64,000 bases of DNA from Azolla caroliniana (Eukaryota; Plantae; Polypodiophyta). Made by a program: the position numbers and the translations under genes. The notes under the pieces were generated by a model. That model saw only the letters and a program-made list of their open reading frames with translations. It did not search any database and had not been told where the DNA came from. Location of the stretch: NCBI GenBank assembly GCA_043228905.1, contig JBHGNT010000014.1, forward strand, positions 16,182,001-16,246,000. Reading direction: 5' to 3'. This document shows, piece after piece, positions 26,167-39,650 of the stretch. How positions within the stretch are numbered: the first letter of the stretch is position 1; each line of letters begins with the position of its first letter.

Positions 26167-29100
26167 ATGACTAAGAGGGCTTGGCCCATCTATCTCTATG
26201 TACCCAATTTGATCGGTGAGCATATCTGTCTCTTTGTTCCACCCCCCCCCCCCACCCCATATCTGTCCGTCTTCCTCTGTCTATGCTTAATTCATTCTGA
26301 GGTCCTTCCCTGTGTCTCTCAGGCTATGCCAGGATACTAGCGAATCTCGTGGCCTTTGGCTATGCCTTCTCCCACAAGAACCTCTTTACTGGACTCTATC
26401 TCATGAGGTTCTAAATCTATATGTATACACGCTTTTAATCCATTGATATGCTGTTATATTCTCGAATCATCATACTGCTAGAGTCGCAGAAGGAATCCAG
26501 TATTTTATTTATTAAAATTTTCCAAATCACATCGAAAATTCTTGTGATGGCCAATGCATGAAATGCTTTTATTTATTTATTGTTTTTGCAAAAAACTCAC
26601 TGGAAAAATGACAGTTATGCAGAAGGAATGCTGTATTCTTCTTCGTCTTCTTCGTCTTTTGTTAAATTACATATCATTGGTGTAAGCCCCAATGTAGTAA
26701 TGAAATCCAAGCGTATAGGTGGATTGATCTACCAAGTTCCTGTTGAAACAGTACCCTAAGAAATGGATTATGTTTGTTTATTTGCTAATATATATTTCAA
26801 CTGAAACCCAGAAGACCAGTGATGCAGAAGGAATGGAATATTTTTTAGTTTATGTGTTGAATTAAAAAACACATAAAGAATGATTCTGATGCAAAAAGAG
26901 ATGAAATCAGTTTCTGTTAATTTTACTGTCAGCTTCATTTGCGATGAATTGGATGGACGATTTGCACGGCTTCTAAATCAAAGTGAGTAATTCATCTTCA
27001 GATCATGTATTTTTAGTAGTACTTTAAACTGCTCGTTGTAAAACCTTGATTGGCTAATGTAATTCAAGATGCTACTTTGCCACATGATCATGCATAATCA
27101 ATAACATTTCATAATTAAATTCACATAATGATGGGAATGCTATTTGAAAGAGTTCATTTTAATTACATTAATAAAAATGTAAATGTGCAGCATCCACTTT
27201 TGGAGCCGTTCTGGACATGGTGACTGATAGGTATTGCAAATATTATTGTGATGGCTTATATTTATACTTCCTCAACTTGATTTGGATTTGTCATTGTGCT
27301 CAATATGTGTGGGATTGATTCTAGGGTGAGCACAGCTGGACTTCTAGTGGTCCTCTCACACTACTATAAGTGAGTGATCTTCTATAATCTGTCTTGAAAT
27401 CATATCTTTCATATGTCTATTGTTCTTATATTGGCTTATCTGTTAGTGTAGGAGCTGCTTTGGGTTTTTTCTAGGATTGCTGGCCCTTGATATTGCAAGT
27501 CATTGGATTCAGATGTATAGGTATGGTGCATTTGTCACTTAAGCAGCCTTACTTAAATGCACTCTTATCTCCTTCTCCATATCTATATATCTCTCTCTCT
27601 ATCTATATGGTCCATTTTCACTTAATCGGTCTCACTTAAAATGTCATATGCATATATTTCCTTTCTCCCTTCTCGGTATATATGTATCCCATTCAAATGG
27701 TACCCTTTTGTATGGGAATAATGTGTAACAAGGGTTTCAAATTATCCTGACCTATGGAGCTTACTTAAATGCAAACACACTTTCTATTCAGTTTTGACGT
27801 ATATCTCCTTTAAGTGGTACCCTTGTGATATGAATTACCTATTATAAAAGCGCTTATAATGTGTGAAAACAGTGATATGAATTACCTATTATAAAAATGC
27901 TTATAATGTGTGAAAACAGGCGTAAAATCCCTTCTCAAATTTTCATGAACAAAATACACCTGGTTCCTATACAAATGATAACCCTTCTGGAAAAATAATA
28001 CTTTTGTTGAACTAACCTGATATGGTATATGGAGTTTGCAGTATGTTCTTAGCAAGCAAAACAAGTCATAAAGATGTTGCGGATAGTAAGAGCACACTTC
28101 TCAAGGCGTATTACCAGCATCGCATATTCATGGGCTATTGTTGTATTGGGGCAGAAGTAAGTTTTTAGTTTTCATCATTGAAAATGTAAGGAATCTAAAT
28201 TGTAATGATATCTAAATTATAACGGTATTATCATTTTTACAGGTAATGTATTTGATATTGTATATTATTGCACAAGAGGAATTTGATTCTATCCTAGATG
28301 TAAGTGTTCTACTATGTATGTATCAGTAGATTTAAATGTTTTTTTGGTATTTTAATTGATTATTATTGACATACTAGGTTGTACAAGATGCTTTTTCAAG
28401 ATCGTCCCCATGGGTCATTCTTGGACTGATAGCACTACCAGGATGGGCGATAAAGCAATTGGTAAATTGTTTGCAGGTATGTTGGCTATTGTTACTGTGC
28501 TTGGGCTAAAAGAACTATTATGCTACTAGGAAGGAAGCACTTAAATACAAGGCAAAGAAAACCCACAAAATGATTGTACACAGAATGGTCACATTGCGTC
28601 AATCATGCTATCTGGAAGATAGCCTCACTATAAGGCGAATAAAACTCACAAAGAAATTGTATGATCAATCTAGAATGGGCACAATCTCATAAAACAAAAA
28701 AGAATTACACATGCTCATTAGTACTAGGATTGTAACAAAGTATTGTGAAAGCCTCAGCCCTGTGGACATTAGATAGAATTTGTTTATATTCTTTCACTGG
28801 TTGCATACTTTGGCCTACTACTCAAAAGTGGCCAAACAACTATTCTCTTTTTGAAACATTTGCTAAAATTTACAAGTAGTGTATTCATGAAAGGAGCTAA
28901 ATGAGAAGCTGAAATACTAGGCCAAAATTTGTATACTTTCAGTGCTTCATTTGTAAATTCTTCCAAATTTCAATCATTTAAATTTTTTTACAATAGAGGT
29001 TGATGGATCATACTTTTGTACAAGACATGTAAACACTGATAGATGACATCGCAAACAGTTAATCACAAGATACTATTGTCCTACATAGAGAACATCTTAA

Positions 29101-29174
29101 TCTGTTTGTTGCAGATACGTTCAGCTGCCGAAGTGTGTGTTCTCCACGACATTGAGAAGTCAAAAAAAAACTGA
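26167..29174 (+). CDS. PIS: CDP-diacylglycerol--inositol 3-phosphatidyltransferase (phosphatidylinositol synthase); exons 26167-26215, 26323-26407, 26933-26982, 27191-27230, 27325-27369, 27452-27520, 28042-28156, 28243-28299, 28378-28476, 29115-29174
   Basis: Spliced translation MTKRAWPIYLYVPNLIGYARI...CDELDGRFARLLNQTSTFGAVLDMVTDRVST...LALDIASHWIQMYSMFLASKTSHKDV...GWAIKQLVNCLQIRSAAEVCVLHDIEKSKKN*. Complete CDP-alcohol phosphotransferase motif; all introns GT-AG. Confidence 0.95.
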
Positions 29175-30444
29175 GGTTTAATGGTGATTTCAGAAGCAAC
29201 ATACAATGACATATATTTAATTACCATGTCCAGAATCAACAATATTTGTCATTCTTCATCTCCCTCATCTGGTTAGTTATTGCTGATATATATATGTACA
29301 CATACATACACACATATATTTGCATTGTTGTTACTAACTCGATCATCTCTTTGAGAGAGATTGTAGCACATGTCTAGTGGTTATTTAATTTATCTGATTA
29401 TGATAAACCAGTGAAACTCTCTTGATCATTATGACTTGGGGAACACTTTGGATTCTTACCAAAAAGGGGAACAGTTTGGATTTTTACCAAAAGGGGTGCT
29501 ATAGCAACTTGTCGACAATTATTTTCTGTTGTGATGATTAGACTTTTTGCATAGGGTTATTGGCACTATTTTGCGTGCAATGTTTCTGTATGATAAAAAC
29601 GTTGGGAACTCTTTCTTTCAAAATAAAATCAAAATTTCATTGCTAAAACATGTTAATTTTCTCTATGTATAAAAACTTTAAAAGCTAATTGTACTGTATA
29701 GTTATTGCTGTTTTCATTTTCTGAAATCTTTGAAGATTCTCTATTGCAAGATTCTATTTTGTATAAGGTGAAGTGGGATTCGATTGTTTTGAGAAGCCTA
29801 GTTTGATAAATTCCTTTGTTTAATGATGGATATTATTCTTGTTATTGAAAGTGCCTCTGTTTCATGATAGCATTCTCGTGTAGAAGGCGAAAGCCAAGTA
29901 CGAGGACGATTATAGCCATAGTTATTAAATGAACCATCATGGTTATAAAAGAAGACATTTTGAATTTGCAGAAAGATGAGAACTGTGGCAAGAAGATTTA
30001 TGTGAATTGTACGAAGGGTGCATCAAAATTGCGAAAGCGCCCTAATTTGGGTTAAGTACCAAAATGATGTCATGCAATTTATGCTATGGTAAACTTGATG
30101 CTCACTCCAAGGTGTTGATAAACTTGATGAAGATGGTAGATAACCGAGGTCTTTGATGTGAGATTCATAAGAAACCAACATAAGCATAAACCATCTAAAA
30201 TGCCCTCCTCTTGTGACCATAAATCTGAGGCATGACAAGTCTCTATAATACTGACGTTCCTTGCGTAGCCTTTTTGCCATCTCTTGTTGCCATTGTTTGA
30301 GCTACAGAGTCTTGTTTGTCAATGGTGCTTGTCACCATATACTCCTTATTAGCATGTCTCCAATATACCTCCATAACTTGCACTATGTATTTGAGCATTG
30401 TTTGAACTTGGCCAAGCTATGACATGGTGTCTCAATAAGTAGTA

Positions 30445-30740
30445 AAGGTCTCCTACAACATTAGTGTTAACTTTGTAGCTCAAAGGGTGACCTAATCATT
30501 TTTACTAGAGACCTTGAGTTGAAAATCTCAAAATATACCCAAATGAATGGGCAAAGCCTAGCTTGTGAGAGATAGAAAGCCATAACATGATTTCTTGTTT
30601 AGTGGTTAAGGTCTCCTACAACATTCGTGTTAACTTTGTAGCTCTAAGGGTGATCTAAACTTTTGTGGCCGGAGACCTCAAGTTGAAAATCTCAAAATAA
30701 TACCAAATGATTGGGGAAAATCTATGTTATGAGAGAGAAA
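30445..30740. repeat. ~162-bp imperfect tandem duplication
   Basis: AAGGTCTCCTACAACATT..GTGTTAACTTTGTAGCTC..AGTTGAAAATCTCAAAAT at ~30446 and ~30608. Confidence 0.75.
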
Positions 30741-31958
30741 TAATCCCGAGTTTGAATAGTGAGAAACAAAGTATGGAAAAAGAAATATCCGGAGTTTAGA
30801 GTAAGCTAATAATCATTTCTAAAGCTCAATGTATAAGAAAAGTTTCTAACATGGAATGGTTTTGTACTCTCATTCATCAAAATTATTTCCATTAGGGGAG
30901 AAGGATGAGTCAAAACGACACACTATTTCCATTACATAGTTGGAAAGATTAACCTCAATCACTAATATGTTAAACACAATTTGTAATAAAATAATTGCGC
31001 AAATAAACCCTCAAATGAGCAAAATCTTGTTACATCAACTAGAATTTAAATCCCGTTTGGTGTTTAATTACATGTTCACAATCTATTGACACATACTTCT
31101 AATATCACCATTTATGTAACTTCAATTTGAAGCAACCATCTACAACTCATTTTATAATTTAATAAAACAATGAGTACAATGCATCTTGTAGATAAACAAC
31201 ATGATATCCATCAACCATCTTTGATCCTGATAACAATCTATCTTATAGTAGGTCTTCAAAGACATTGCATTGTGCCAGACATTCTCACTTCTTTGGTTTC
31301 AAGATATACAATGCACAACCTTCGCATATAACCACTTCAAACTTCCGTTTCCAACACAATTGAAATTTATGTAACGCCTAATTGTATACTATGATATCAA
31401 CGTTATCGACGTGTTTTGCGTTTTAAATAATACAAGTCAAATATTATAAACAAAAACTTATTAAATAAAAGGAATAAACAAACACTTCAATAGTCAATGA
31501 ACAATGATACCTCTTTTACGCCAATTGGTAGCCAATGTAGCGAGAAGCTCCAGTGAACATGGAAAGTTGTGGCCAAAAAGCTTCCATAAAGATGATCTCG
31601 GATATGAGAAGCATGATAAAGCTACAAAGAAACCCTAATTATACCAACATTATATCAATGTAAATCTTTGTAAAGCCCATTCGGAATAAACTTCATTGTC
31701 CAATAGTTGGTGAAATGAATCAAATCCAAAATTGTAGGATATAAAAGTATTTAACTTGGGAGACATGAACCTTGATACCCTCTTCAATTGTCAGCGACAA
31801 AGAAATCACCTCACTTAATCATATTTATTCAAGAAGGAATTTGAGATAGTTTATGTAAGTTTACGTTGCGTAATACTAATGCAAATCAATAAAAAAGAAT
31901 ATCATGACCACAATTCTCTGGCAAAAAGTTATAATGAAGTTACTAACGTAGACACTAA

Positions 31959-32059
<101 letters not shown>

Positions 32060-32344
32060 TACTACCATGTGCACATACCCTCATCATTTTTATTAAGATG
32101 GTTTATACAAAGGATTTTGGGGAGCACCTATCTTGTATGTAAAAGGGGACAAAGACAAATGTGTTCAAGTGTTCTTTGATTTTGGGTCAACCTATGTGAA
32201 TTATGTAAACACTCTGCCATCTTGGCGTCAAAATACATTGTGACAAACTTATCAAATTTGAGAAATGTACTACAAATTTGACAAGTAATCAAACATTATA
32301 TGAAACGATAAATACTATATTCCACACACACACACACACACACC

Positions 32345-32972
32345 CAAGAATCGGCAATGGTTTGGTTTAGGTTTAACCGTTTTGGGGTTCTCAAACCCGA
32401 ACCAAACAAAACCGATCCCTAAACTGGTTTGGGACTAAAAAGCTTTAAGGTGTGAAGAAACCCAAAAAACACCAACACCACTTCTCCTATTCTTCTCTCC
32501 CCCTCGTAACTCCCACCCCTTCAACCTTACCACCGATGAGTCCGAATTCAACTCCAAGTCCCACCTCCACGACTCCCTCTCCGTAGACTACTATGGTTGG
32601 TCGGCCAACGTCCACAAATTTCCCACCTCCCACCACCCGAACCATGAGCCCCAAGGCTATGGCGACCTCTCACTCTTGATGATCCAATCCTTCTCCAAAT
32701 TTGACATGCTCCCGTGCCCCCCAACCTCTCTCTCTCTCATTACTCAACGATCGTTTTCTATGGCTTCTTATCAGTCTCTCTCTCAAGTTCTAACCTCTAG
32801 CTGCCTAATTTCTAACTTTCTAAACCTTACTTATTAAATCACATAAACGGTTTGAGCCGGTTTGGCAAGGCTCAAGCCGAGCTCTAACCGTTTAGGTAGG
32901 CTCAAGCCTAAGCTGAGCCGCTAACCTGTTTAAAACCGGTTTAGGCTTGAGCCGAGCCGTTGCCGATCCCTA
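32345..32972. mobile_element. Non-autonomous hAT element, copy 3, inserted in a (CA)n tract
   Basis: TIRs CAAGAATCGGCAA / TTGCCGATCCCTA; flanks CACACACC / CACGCACG; AACCG and GAGCCG subterminal repeats. Confidence 0.75.
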
Positions 32973-32993
32973 CACGCACGCACGCACACGCGT

Positions 32994-33088
<95 letters not shown>

Positions 33089-33193
33089 AATAATGGCTTT
33101 CATTACGAAAGAAAAAACACCACCATGACTAACTTACAACAAACTATAGAACCCCTTCTATCTAGGGATCTAAAGAAAACTACGACACCAAAC

Positions 33194-36100
33194 TCAATGC
33201 CACCCTACACACCAATTCAAATGGCGAATATGATGATATGTGCCCTTGCAAAGTTCTCTCTCTTCCTGGTTGAGATTTTGTGACTTCTCTAGCACTGTCA
33301 ATTGCCACAAAAGAAGTCCTTTTAACTTTAGAACATATTTTCTCACCCCAACTTGCGAATAAAAAATGAAGGCATTCCGCATATTCCAATTGAACCATAG
33401 CCCCCAATACCTCAAGAACTCAAAAATAATTTGAAAATGAGGCATCGGTTCATTGTTCTCCATATGTGCAAAAACCCAACTGAAGGAAGATAGACTTACT
33501 CCTGTTAGAGACATCCACACTAAACTGATACACCTCCAAACCATCCTTGCCATCGGGCATGAAATAAATCGATGCCTACTATGTTCCAATTCCACCGAAC
33601 AAAAGAAACACAATCCTTTAGTAATGTTTCTTCTTTTTAATGCATCCCCTAATGGTAAAGCTCCAACCATAACTCTCCAAATAAATACCTTGGCTCGTAG
33701 CATCAATCGAGAACACCAACCTGCCTTGATCACATGAAACCACCAAGTAATGGGCTTATGAAAACACTATATCTTTATAACCCTTTCTTCCAACCACTTA
33801 TGTTTGTCAATCAACTTGTGATAAGCAACATTTGTTGAGATCATAGTCAATCTCTTATTTCCAACAAACCTCCAATCAAGCTCTTGAGATCGCCCATCTA
33901 AATCAGGAATTGGCTCATGCGAAGACAATATTTGTTGCAACTTATCCCAAATAAAGTTATAACCTTTTGGAATACGAAATGTTGATCTTATTGTTCGAAA
34001 AGCCATTAATCTTCTTTGTGAAACCAACATAGCATCCTTAACTGTTACCAAACCCAATCTAGCCATCCGATTAAATTGAAGGTTAAGAATGTGTTTACCT
34101 TCCCACCTCAACAACCTTGATGTTGCCAAAACCTCCATTTGTAATGAATTGGCACATCCCCTTTCTTGTGGGGGATGCCATTCCACAAAATCCAACATAC
34201 TTTGCCAAGATGTCAACAAATGATTAACTATCATAGACCCTGTACATTTGACATCCCTGTTAGAATTAATTACATTCCACCAATTCGCTTCAACCTTCAT
34301 GTTTCCAAGCTTTATTCCATTCTTCTCTACACCATTTCTGTCCAAGGTTGTACACCTTCAAACATGAATAGAATGAAAGTAAATCGACGAGCCACCATAT
34401 GCTCATATAGATTCAATATTGATGCCCCACCAAGACGCTTCGGAGTACAAACATGATCCCATGCCAACCATGACAAGGCACTTTTCCCTTTTCTTTTCCA
34501 TAACAACATTTGCATCGAGCGTGACAACATTTCAAGAGCTTTCTTTGACCATGGGAGCAAAGGAAGATAATAAGATACCATAGAGACCATAATCGATTGG
34601 ACCACCTTAAGTCGTACATGAAAAGGCCAAAATTGAGACCTCCAATACATAAACTTATCCTCCGACCTTTTGGATACCCACTCAATAAGTTTCACATGAG
34701 AAATTTCCAACCCAATTGGATATCCAAGATGACGACAAATCATACCATGATGTACTATCCTTTCTGACCACCCCAACCCCTAACACATCTTGTTCTGTAC
34801 ATGAAATGAGGACAGATTTATGTATATTAATTCTCAACCCCGACGCATTTGAAAACAATTCCCACACATCTCTTGTCTTACTAATATTTTCCCGATTAGG
34901 TGCCAAAAACATAATATGGTCATCTGCGAGAGCTTGAACAATACATGGCTTCCCTGATGGCAACCTTAGTCCAAGCAATTCTTCCCCCATAGCCATATTG
35001 TGTAACTTAACAAGAATAGGATGCATCACAATAGTGAATAGTAAAGGACTTATCGGGCATCCTTGTCTAACTGACCTCTGAATAGAAATCGGTTGGGTTA
35101 CTCCTCCATTAAACATCACATGTGAAACTGAACCCTCCCCTAATGTGTATATCAACTTAGACATACGATCACCAAAACCCATATGAGACATCAATTGATT
35201 TATAAATGACCAATCCACATTATCATAGGCTTTCTCGATATCCAATTGTAGCAACACTAATTCTTGTTTAGACTCCTTTGCATAGTCAATTGCCATTTGA
35301 ACATTTACAATATTATGTAAAATGTCTCTTTTTGCTAAAAACCCATATTGAGCATTATGAATAATAGAAGGTAAAACCTTATGCAACCTATTGGCCATCA
35401 CTTTCGCAAAAATCTTGTGCATTCCCCCCATGAATGAAATAGGCCTCCATTGAGCAAAGGAAGATGGAGAAGGCACCTTCGGCAAAAGCTTGATCAAACC
35501 AATCTTCCAAGAATGAGGCATTTCCCCTGATGTCCACACCTTCTGAAATAAAATCGTAAAAGGCCCCTTTAACTTAATCACATATTTCTTAAAGAGTTCA
35601 TGTGTTAATCCATCCCACCCATGACTCTTATCATTAGCAAGATGTGACATGACATGTTCCACCTCATCCTCTGAAATATTAGCATCTAATGATTGTGCCA
35701 CATCATGCGATACATGATTTTTCACTCCATTAAAAAATACATCTCTATCCTTTTTAACATTATCATCGATACACACTTGTACATCCAACAATTGTGTATA
35801 ATATTCTATGCATTTCTTCACAATTTCTTGAGGATCGGAACACATGATACCATTTTCCTCTAACCTTACCACATTATGTCGTGCATGTGATTCATGAAGG
35901 TCATGGAAAAACTTATGTGATTGACAATTAGCATCATCCACTTCTTGTCTTAGACGATGTAGTCTAGCATGTTGATAATTTTTTGCCGTTAGGTCATGCA
36001 TCGCAGAAATTAATACCTCTTGATATCCCATCAAGTCTACATCCGTTGGCCAATAAGTTAACAATGAGTTGCATTTATCAAAAAAATTAACTAGGAGACT

Positions 36101-37036
36101 TAATTTCTTTCTCCTTTTAAAAGCATGGTGAATTCCATAATATCTAGTTAACCTCTGAACATTTGCAACAAATACTTCCCACGCTTCATACCCATCAAAT
36201 TGAACACGATAGGCAAATGCATCAATCAATTGACACATATAGGCATGGAAGACCTCATGATCCAAAAATGATGAATTAAAAATCAACGGTGGTTTTCCTA
36301 AAAACTCATGAAAACCTCTAATTGAGTGGTGATTGAACTCAAAAATTAATGGGAAATGATATGATATAATTGATCCATAAGACGCTGAAATATCCAAAAT
36401 CTCTGGTAAAAAACCTTCGGTATGCATTACATACATTCGATCCAACCTACTCCAAGTATCCTTATATTGAGCCGATTGAAAGGGATAACCAGGTTCATCT
36501 CCCTTGATCCATTTCCATACATCCCTTTACATGACTTCAGTCTCAAAATCTCCCCATTCTTGAGCCTCTGGTCCATCCATAATAGAGTGGATAGATGTTG
36601 ATTGATCTGTCTCACAACAAACATTAAAATCTCCCATCAATAAACCCGGTCTACCATTACCAAGCACTGAGTTTAGAGATCTCCATAACAACTTTCGTTC
36701 TTGTGGAACATTTGATGCATACACACCAACTAACCAAAGAGCTTGCCCTTCATAACATATCTCTACCACAATAAATCTTTCAAATTCATCTAAAACAATT
36801 ACTTTTGGGTGAAATTTATCTCTTATAAACATGACAATCCCAGAATAATCCCCATGAACCTTGCCAGCATAACATAATGTATAACCCTTAGAATAACAAA
36901 TTAAACCAGGATTACGATGATCTTTATGCTCTACTGCACATAAAACATCCCATTGCTCACTTAACAAAATCCTCTAAACCTCATGCATTCTAAATCTAGA
37001 ACACAATCCCTTCACATTCCATGTGGTGATCTTCAT
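33194..37036 (-). pseudogene. LINE ORF2 (APE endonuclease, reverse transcriptase, zf-RVT) with stops and frameshifts
   Basis: MKITTWNVKGL start, GVYASN and MGDFN (endonuclease); KSHGWDG, WRPISF, LDIEKAYDNVDW, RQGCPISP and ALADD (RT); CFFCSVELEHSRHRFISC (zf-RVT). Early TAG at codon ~21 and several frameshifts. Confidence 0.9.
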
Positions 37037-38445
37037 ACTTTATTTTTTCCTTTTATTCGAGAAATCTCCTTCTCCTTCACTGCTAATGTTTCTGCCATAT
37101 CCTGAAATAAATCCCCTAAGATTGCATATGAATTACTATGGGAATGCAAAACTCCAGACCTCGATGGCTCCTCATGTGAACGAGGCACCGATTTCCGTTT
37201 ATTCCAAGGAACATACAAATTACCTTTATTATCAAAAGATAATTTCTTTGGATAGTCCTCTTGACGAGCCCATGGCTTATTCCGCATGGGATGTGTCGAT
37301 GTGACCTTCTCCATAGATACATTATGCCCAACATTTTTATTAGACTTCTTCATCTTTCTAGAAACTATTGACCATTGTCCTTCATCCTCTAGAGTCTTTC
37401 CATTCGTCTCATTCACAATTTGTGGTTCCTTTGTTTGCTCTAAAATTGTCAAATCTTGAATCTGATCATGAGTTGTAGGCTCTTCATGTACCACTTCCAC
37501 TACATTATTTTTTTGTTGAGGACATTCAGGCATAAAATGCCCCAACACACCACAGTGGAAACAATGTCCTGCAAATGTACCCCATTTAAGCCGAAAATAC
37601 ATAAGTGGCATACCAGAACATGCAATCTGTAAACAACTTGGCCTCTTTATAGCAGTATTCCAAAGAATACACATCCGATATCGATTTTGAGCATTAACAC
37701 TAGGAGGCACCAAGATCTTTCCCAACTTTTCCATCGCTGACCGTAATATTGGCCAAACCACTGAATATGTGCACTCTACCTCAACCCATACGGGACACTC
37801 TTGCTTTAATATATCTTGGTATTCCACTAGTGGTCTCCACGGAACAATATGAACCAAACTTTTCCCATAAAAAATTGGCAATTTATTGAGTAATTTCTCT
37901 TTATACTCTTGTGATACTAAAACAACGTCATAAAATCCACGAGGACTAACATAAACATCGTGAACACAATCAGCTTGTAAAATCCCACGCAACCATTGTT
38001 TGACCCTCCAAAGGAAAGGTATCTTTCCCGTGAAAAACAATATGACCCCTTTATCACAAAAATTAGCAAATGAGCCCAAAAACTCCTTATTGTCTATTTC
38101 TACCTTAGCCACTTCATCGTCAACAAACTCCTCAGCAACTTTCACATTCTCCCTTATACAATCTTCCATAAATATATTTGCCATGCATCTTAAATGTTCC
38201 CAATGACTATCATCTTTCTCAATATCATTTTGTCGCATTGCATCGGCATAAGACATGTTATTACTATTATCTCCAATACATCGTTTTCTTTTACCATCCC
38301 CTCTTGGGCTTAATACTGACTCAACCATGCACGCATCCTTTGAAGAATTTGGAGACTCATCCATATTCATGAAAACACTACCATCCATATGACAAGAAAT
38401 AGGAGAGAGCTCACTTACAAGTAATTGTGTTGGAGAAGGAATCAA
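37033..38445 (-). CDS. LINE ORF1 (DUF4283-like RNA-binding region + CCHC knuckle)
   Basis: GFYDVVL...VHIVPWRP...CPVWVEV motifs; knuckle CFHCGVLGHFMPEC; open for 470 aa. Confidence 0.85.
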   Translation of the reverse strand: MIPSPTQLLVSELSPISCHMDGSVFMNMDESPNSSKDACMVESVLSPRGDGKRKRCIGDNSNNMSYADAMRQNDIEKDDSHWEHLRCMANIFMEDCIRENVKVAEEFVDDEVAKVEIDNKEFLGSFANFCDKGVILFFTGKIPFLWRVKQWLRGILQADCVHDVYVSPRGFYDVVLVSQEYKEKLLNKLPIFYGKSLVHIVPWRPLVEYQDILKQECPVWVEVECTYSVVWPILRSAMEKLGKILVPPSVNAQNRYRMCILWNTAIKRPSCLQIACSGMPLMYFRLKWGTFAGHCFHCGVLGHFMPECPQQKNNVVEVVHEEPTTHDQIQDLTILEQTKEPQIVNETNGKTLEDEGQWSIVSRKMKKSNKNVGHNVSMEKVTSTHPMRNKPWARQEDYPKKLSFDNKGNLYVPWNKRKSVPRSHEEPSRSGVLHSHSNSYAILGDLFQDMAETLAVKEKEISRIKGKNKV

Positions 38446-38901
38446 AGCAAGTGATCATGAGATGCATGCAATCGAATGGATTTTTTTACTCGTAACGTTC
38501 TACCAAGAACTCCAAATGATACGTGCAGATACTCTTTAGAAAGCTCTATGCACAGGCTTCGAAACGAGCTAAAGAACAAAGGAAACGGACACCGTAGCAA
38601 GAAGATACATCAAAATTAGTGTTTGTCCTTCTCCAACATCTCCGAACTTTGCGTTCTCTCTGTCTTTGTCTTTGTCTCTCTCAAAACATACAATTAATAT
38701 ATGTGTGAAAACACTACAATGGCGCCACATTTGAGTGGGGTGTCATCGTTATATGGGTAATGGGACATGTTGAATTGCTAATAGGTAAGGCAAATACTCC
38801 ACTTAGGAAGGAATTTCGACTTGCACCAATAAATAAAACTATTGCATTAGTAATCCCTTCAAGTTTCGTACATATGCTCTAACTCCATGCCTACCATAGA
38901 A

Positions 38902-39650
38902 TAAGGATCGGCAATGGTTCAGTTTAGGCATAGTCGGTTTGGCCTGATCCAAGCCAAACCGGCTAAGCCTAAACCGTTTACGAGATCTCAAACCTAAGCC
39001 AAGCCGGTTCACAAATCGGTTTACGCTAAACCGGTTTATGCTAAACTTGTTTGGTAAACGGCTTGGAAACTGGTTTAGAAACCTCCCTCCCTCTCTCTCT
39101 CTCCCTACCTCCCTCTCTCTCTCTCTCAGATGATCCACTATATAATATACATTGTACAAGCTCTCCCTCTCACTCTCTCTCACGTCTGTTGTCTCGACTC
39201 TCTCCCTCTCCCTCTCTCTCCCCCCTATGTGTAGTCTCTCTCTCTCCCTCTCCCCTCTATGTAGTTCCTCTCTCTCTCTCTCTCTCTCTCCTTATATGTT
39301 GTCTCCCTCCCTCTCTCTCTCTCCTCGTCTGTGTAGTTCTCCCTCACTCACTCTCTCTCTCTCCCATCGTCTGTTTAGTCTCCCTCACTCACACACACTC
39401 TCTCTCCCATCGTCAGTTTAGTCTCTCTCTCTCTCTTTCCCCTTGTTTGTTGTCTCTCTCCCCCTCTCTCGAAAGTTTATAAATGGTTTAGTCGGCTTAG
39501 CCGGTTTGGCGAGGCTCAAGCCAAGCCAAGCCGAGCTCAAACCGTTAAGGCAAGTTCAAGCCTAAACTGAGCCGAGCCGAGCCGCTAAGCCGTTTTCAAG
39601 CCGGCTAAGCCAAACGGTTTAGGCTTGAGCCGAGCCTTTGCCAATCCCTA
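38902..39650. mobile_element. Non-autonomous hAT element, copy 4, with a CT-microsatellite-rich core
   Basis: Perfect 8-bp TSD CCATAGAA (38894-38901, 39651-39658); TIRs TAAGGATCGGCAA / TTGCCAATCCCTA. Confidence 0.9.

Larger units (their letters stand above)
33086..38654 (-). mobile_element. Near full-length L1-clade LINE (ORF1 + EN-RT-zf ORF2), degenerate
   Basis: ORF1 37033-38445; ORF2 in pieces from 37036 to 33194. The 3' end abuts (CT)n with no poly(A); the 5' end abuts a degenerate CT-rich tract. Confidence 0.92.

Noticed and set aside
39051-39482. Leu/Ser-rich ORFs
   Set aside because: CT-microsatellite core of hAT copy 4.
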